Assembly (NCBI RefSeq): GCF_018350175.1
Contig: NC_058368.1
Span: 89,096,001 to 89,160,000, forward strand
Origin: Felis catus
Lineage: Eukaryota
Direction of reading: 5' to 3'
DNA: 64,000 bases
Positions 63,316-64,000 of the stretch are shown one piece after another. The notes below the pieces were generated by a model. The model was not told the DNA's origin. It ran no database searches and saw only the letters and a list, made by a program, of their open reading frames with translations. Made by a program: the position numbers and the translations under genes. Each line of letters begins with the position of its first letter. Position 1 is the first letter of the stretch.

Positions 63316-64000
63316 GGAACTTGGGAAAATGACAGAGTTGGAAGACCCTGAACTCATCCCATCCCACATTTACAACTAAATATCATCCACATCCAAGTCA
63401 ACAAACCAGAGAGTGATCTGAAGACTTGCAGAACAAACTCCACAATTAAATATAGAGAAGAAGCTGCAGCTGAAAGGTTAGAAAGGTCAAAAATGCAAAG
63501 GGAGGTTACCCACATAGAGAGGGCAGAGAAACAAGCCCTCACACCAGGGATTTCACATGGGGAAGACTATTCCCCATAATGTTTGTCATTAAAAACTGGA
63601 GAGGCTGAATTCTGTGAGTTTGTAAAAACAGTGGGATTTGGAGCCTGGAGCTTTAAAAGTCAGCTGATTTGGCATTGGGTGAGCTGGGAGTGTGACAGCT
63701 GGGTCACTTAAAAAGACAGAAGCCTGCACACAGAGGCAACATAAAAAAAGGCAGTTGACACAAAGTTGGGGTAAACAGAGGTCAGATCTGTTCATAGTGA
63801 TTTCAGAGAGTGTTGGGGGAATTCTCCAAAAATGAGGGAGCTAGCAGGCCCATTTTTCTCCACCACCTCCCAGCATAAACACAGAGCCATCTGTGGGAGG
63901 TGAGGCTGCACAGACACTTGTCTTGACCCAGAGTTCAGGGCAAATTTTGTTAAAGCTGCACATGCATCCTACCCAGCTGACAGGTGCACAGCTCCACAGC
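63316..64000 (+). mobile_element. Carnivore L1 5' UTR interrupting the Tigger; continues beyond the window
   Basis: gggaaaatgacagagttggaagaccctgaactc start (AAGATGGCGGAGTAGGAGGACCCTGAGCTC-like). Confidence 0.65.

Overview
Mammalian genomic DNA, almost certainly felid, judging by abundant tRNA-derived Can-SINEs of the SINEC_Fc type and feline-type L1 3' ends. Most of the window is transposable-element sequence: young and old L1s (one full-length but disrupted), about 19 SINEs, ERV1/ERVL/MaLR solo LTRs and DNA-transposon fossils. Genic content: (i) a strong CpG-island promoter at ~2.6-3.65 kb with a minus-strand first-exon donor, plausibly ZFP62 by synteny but not shown; (ii) a second, orphan CpG island at ~11.9-12.3 kb; (iii) a vomeronasal type-1 receptor pseudogene on the minus strand at 42.2-43.4 kb, disrupted by frameshifts and a SINE; (iv) the 5' part of a butyrophilin-like gene matching BTNL9 on the plus strand, with intact leader, IgV and IgC exons in the expected phases and the rest beyond the window. 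The most interesting unexplained signals are a possible highly decayed second butyrophilin-like gene head-to-head with BTNL9 (50.5-52.35 kb, minus), a 142-bp locally templated insertion with a hairpin filler (21.2 kb copied to 24.1 kb), and several nested or transduced L1 structures that can be reconstructed from their target-site duplications (TSDs). No prokaryote-type systems are present. Repeat family names and boundaries come from recalled consensus motifs and are approximate.
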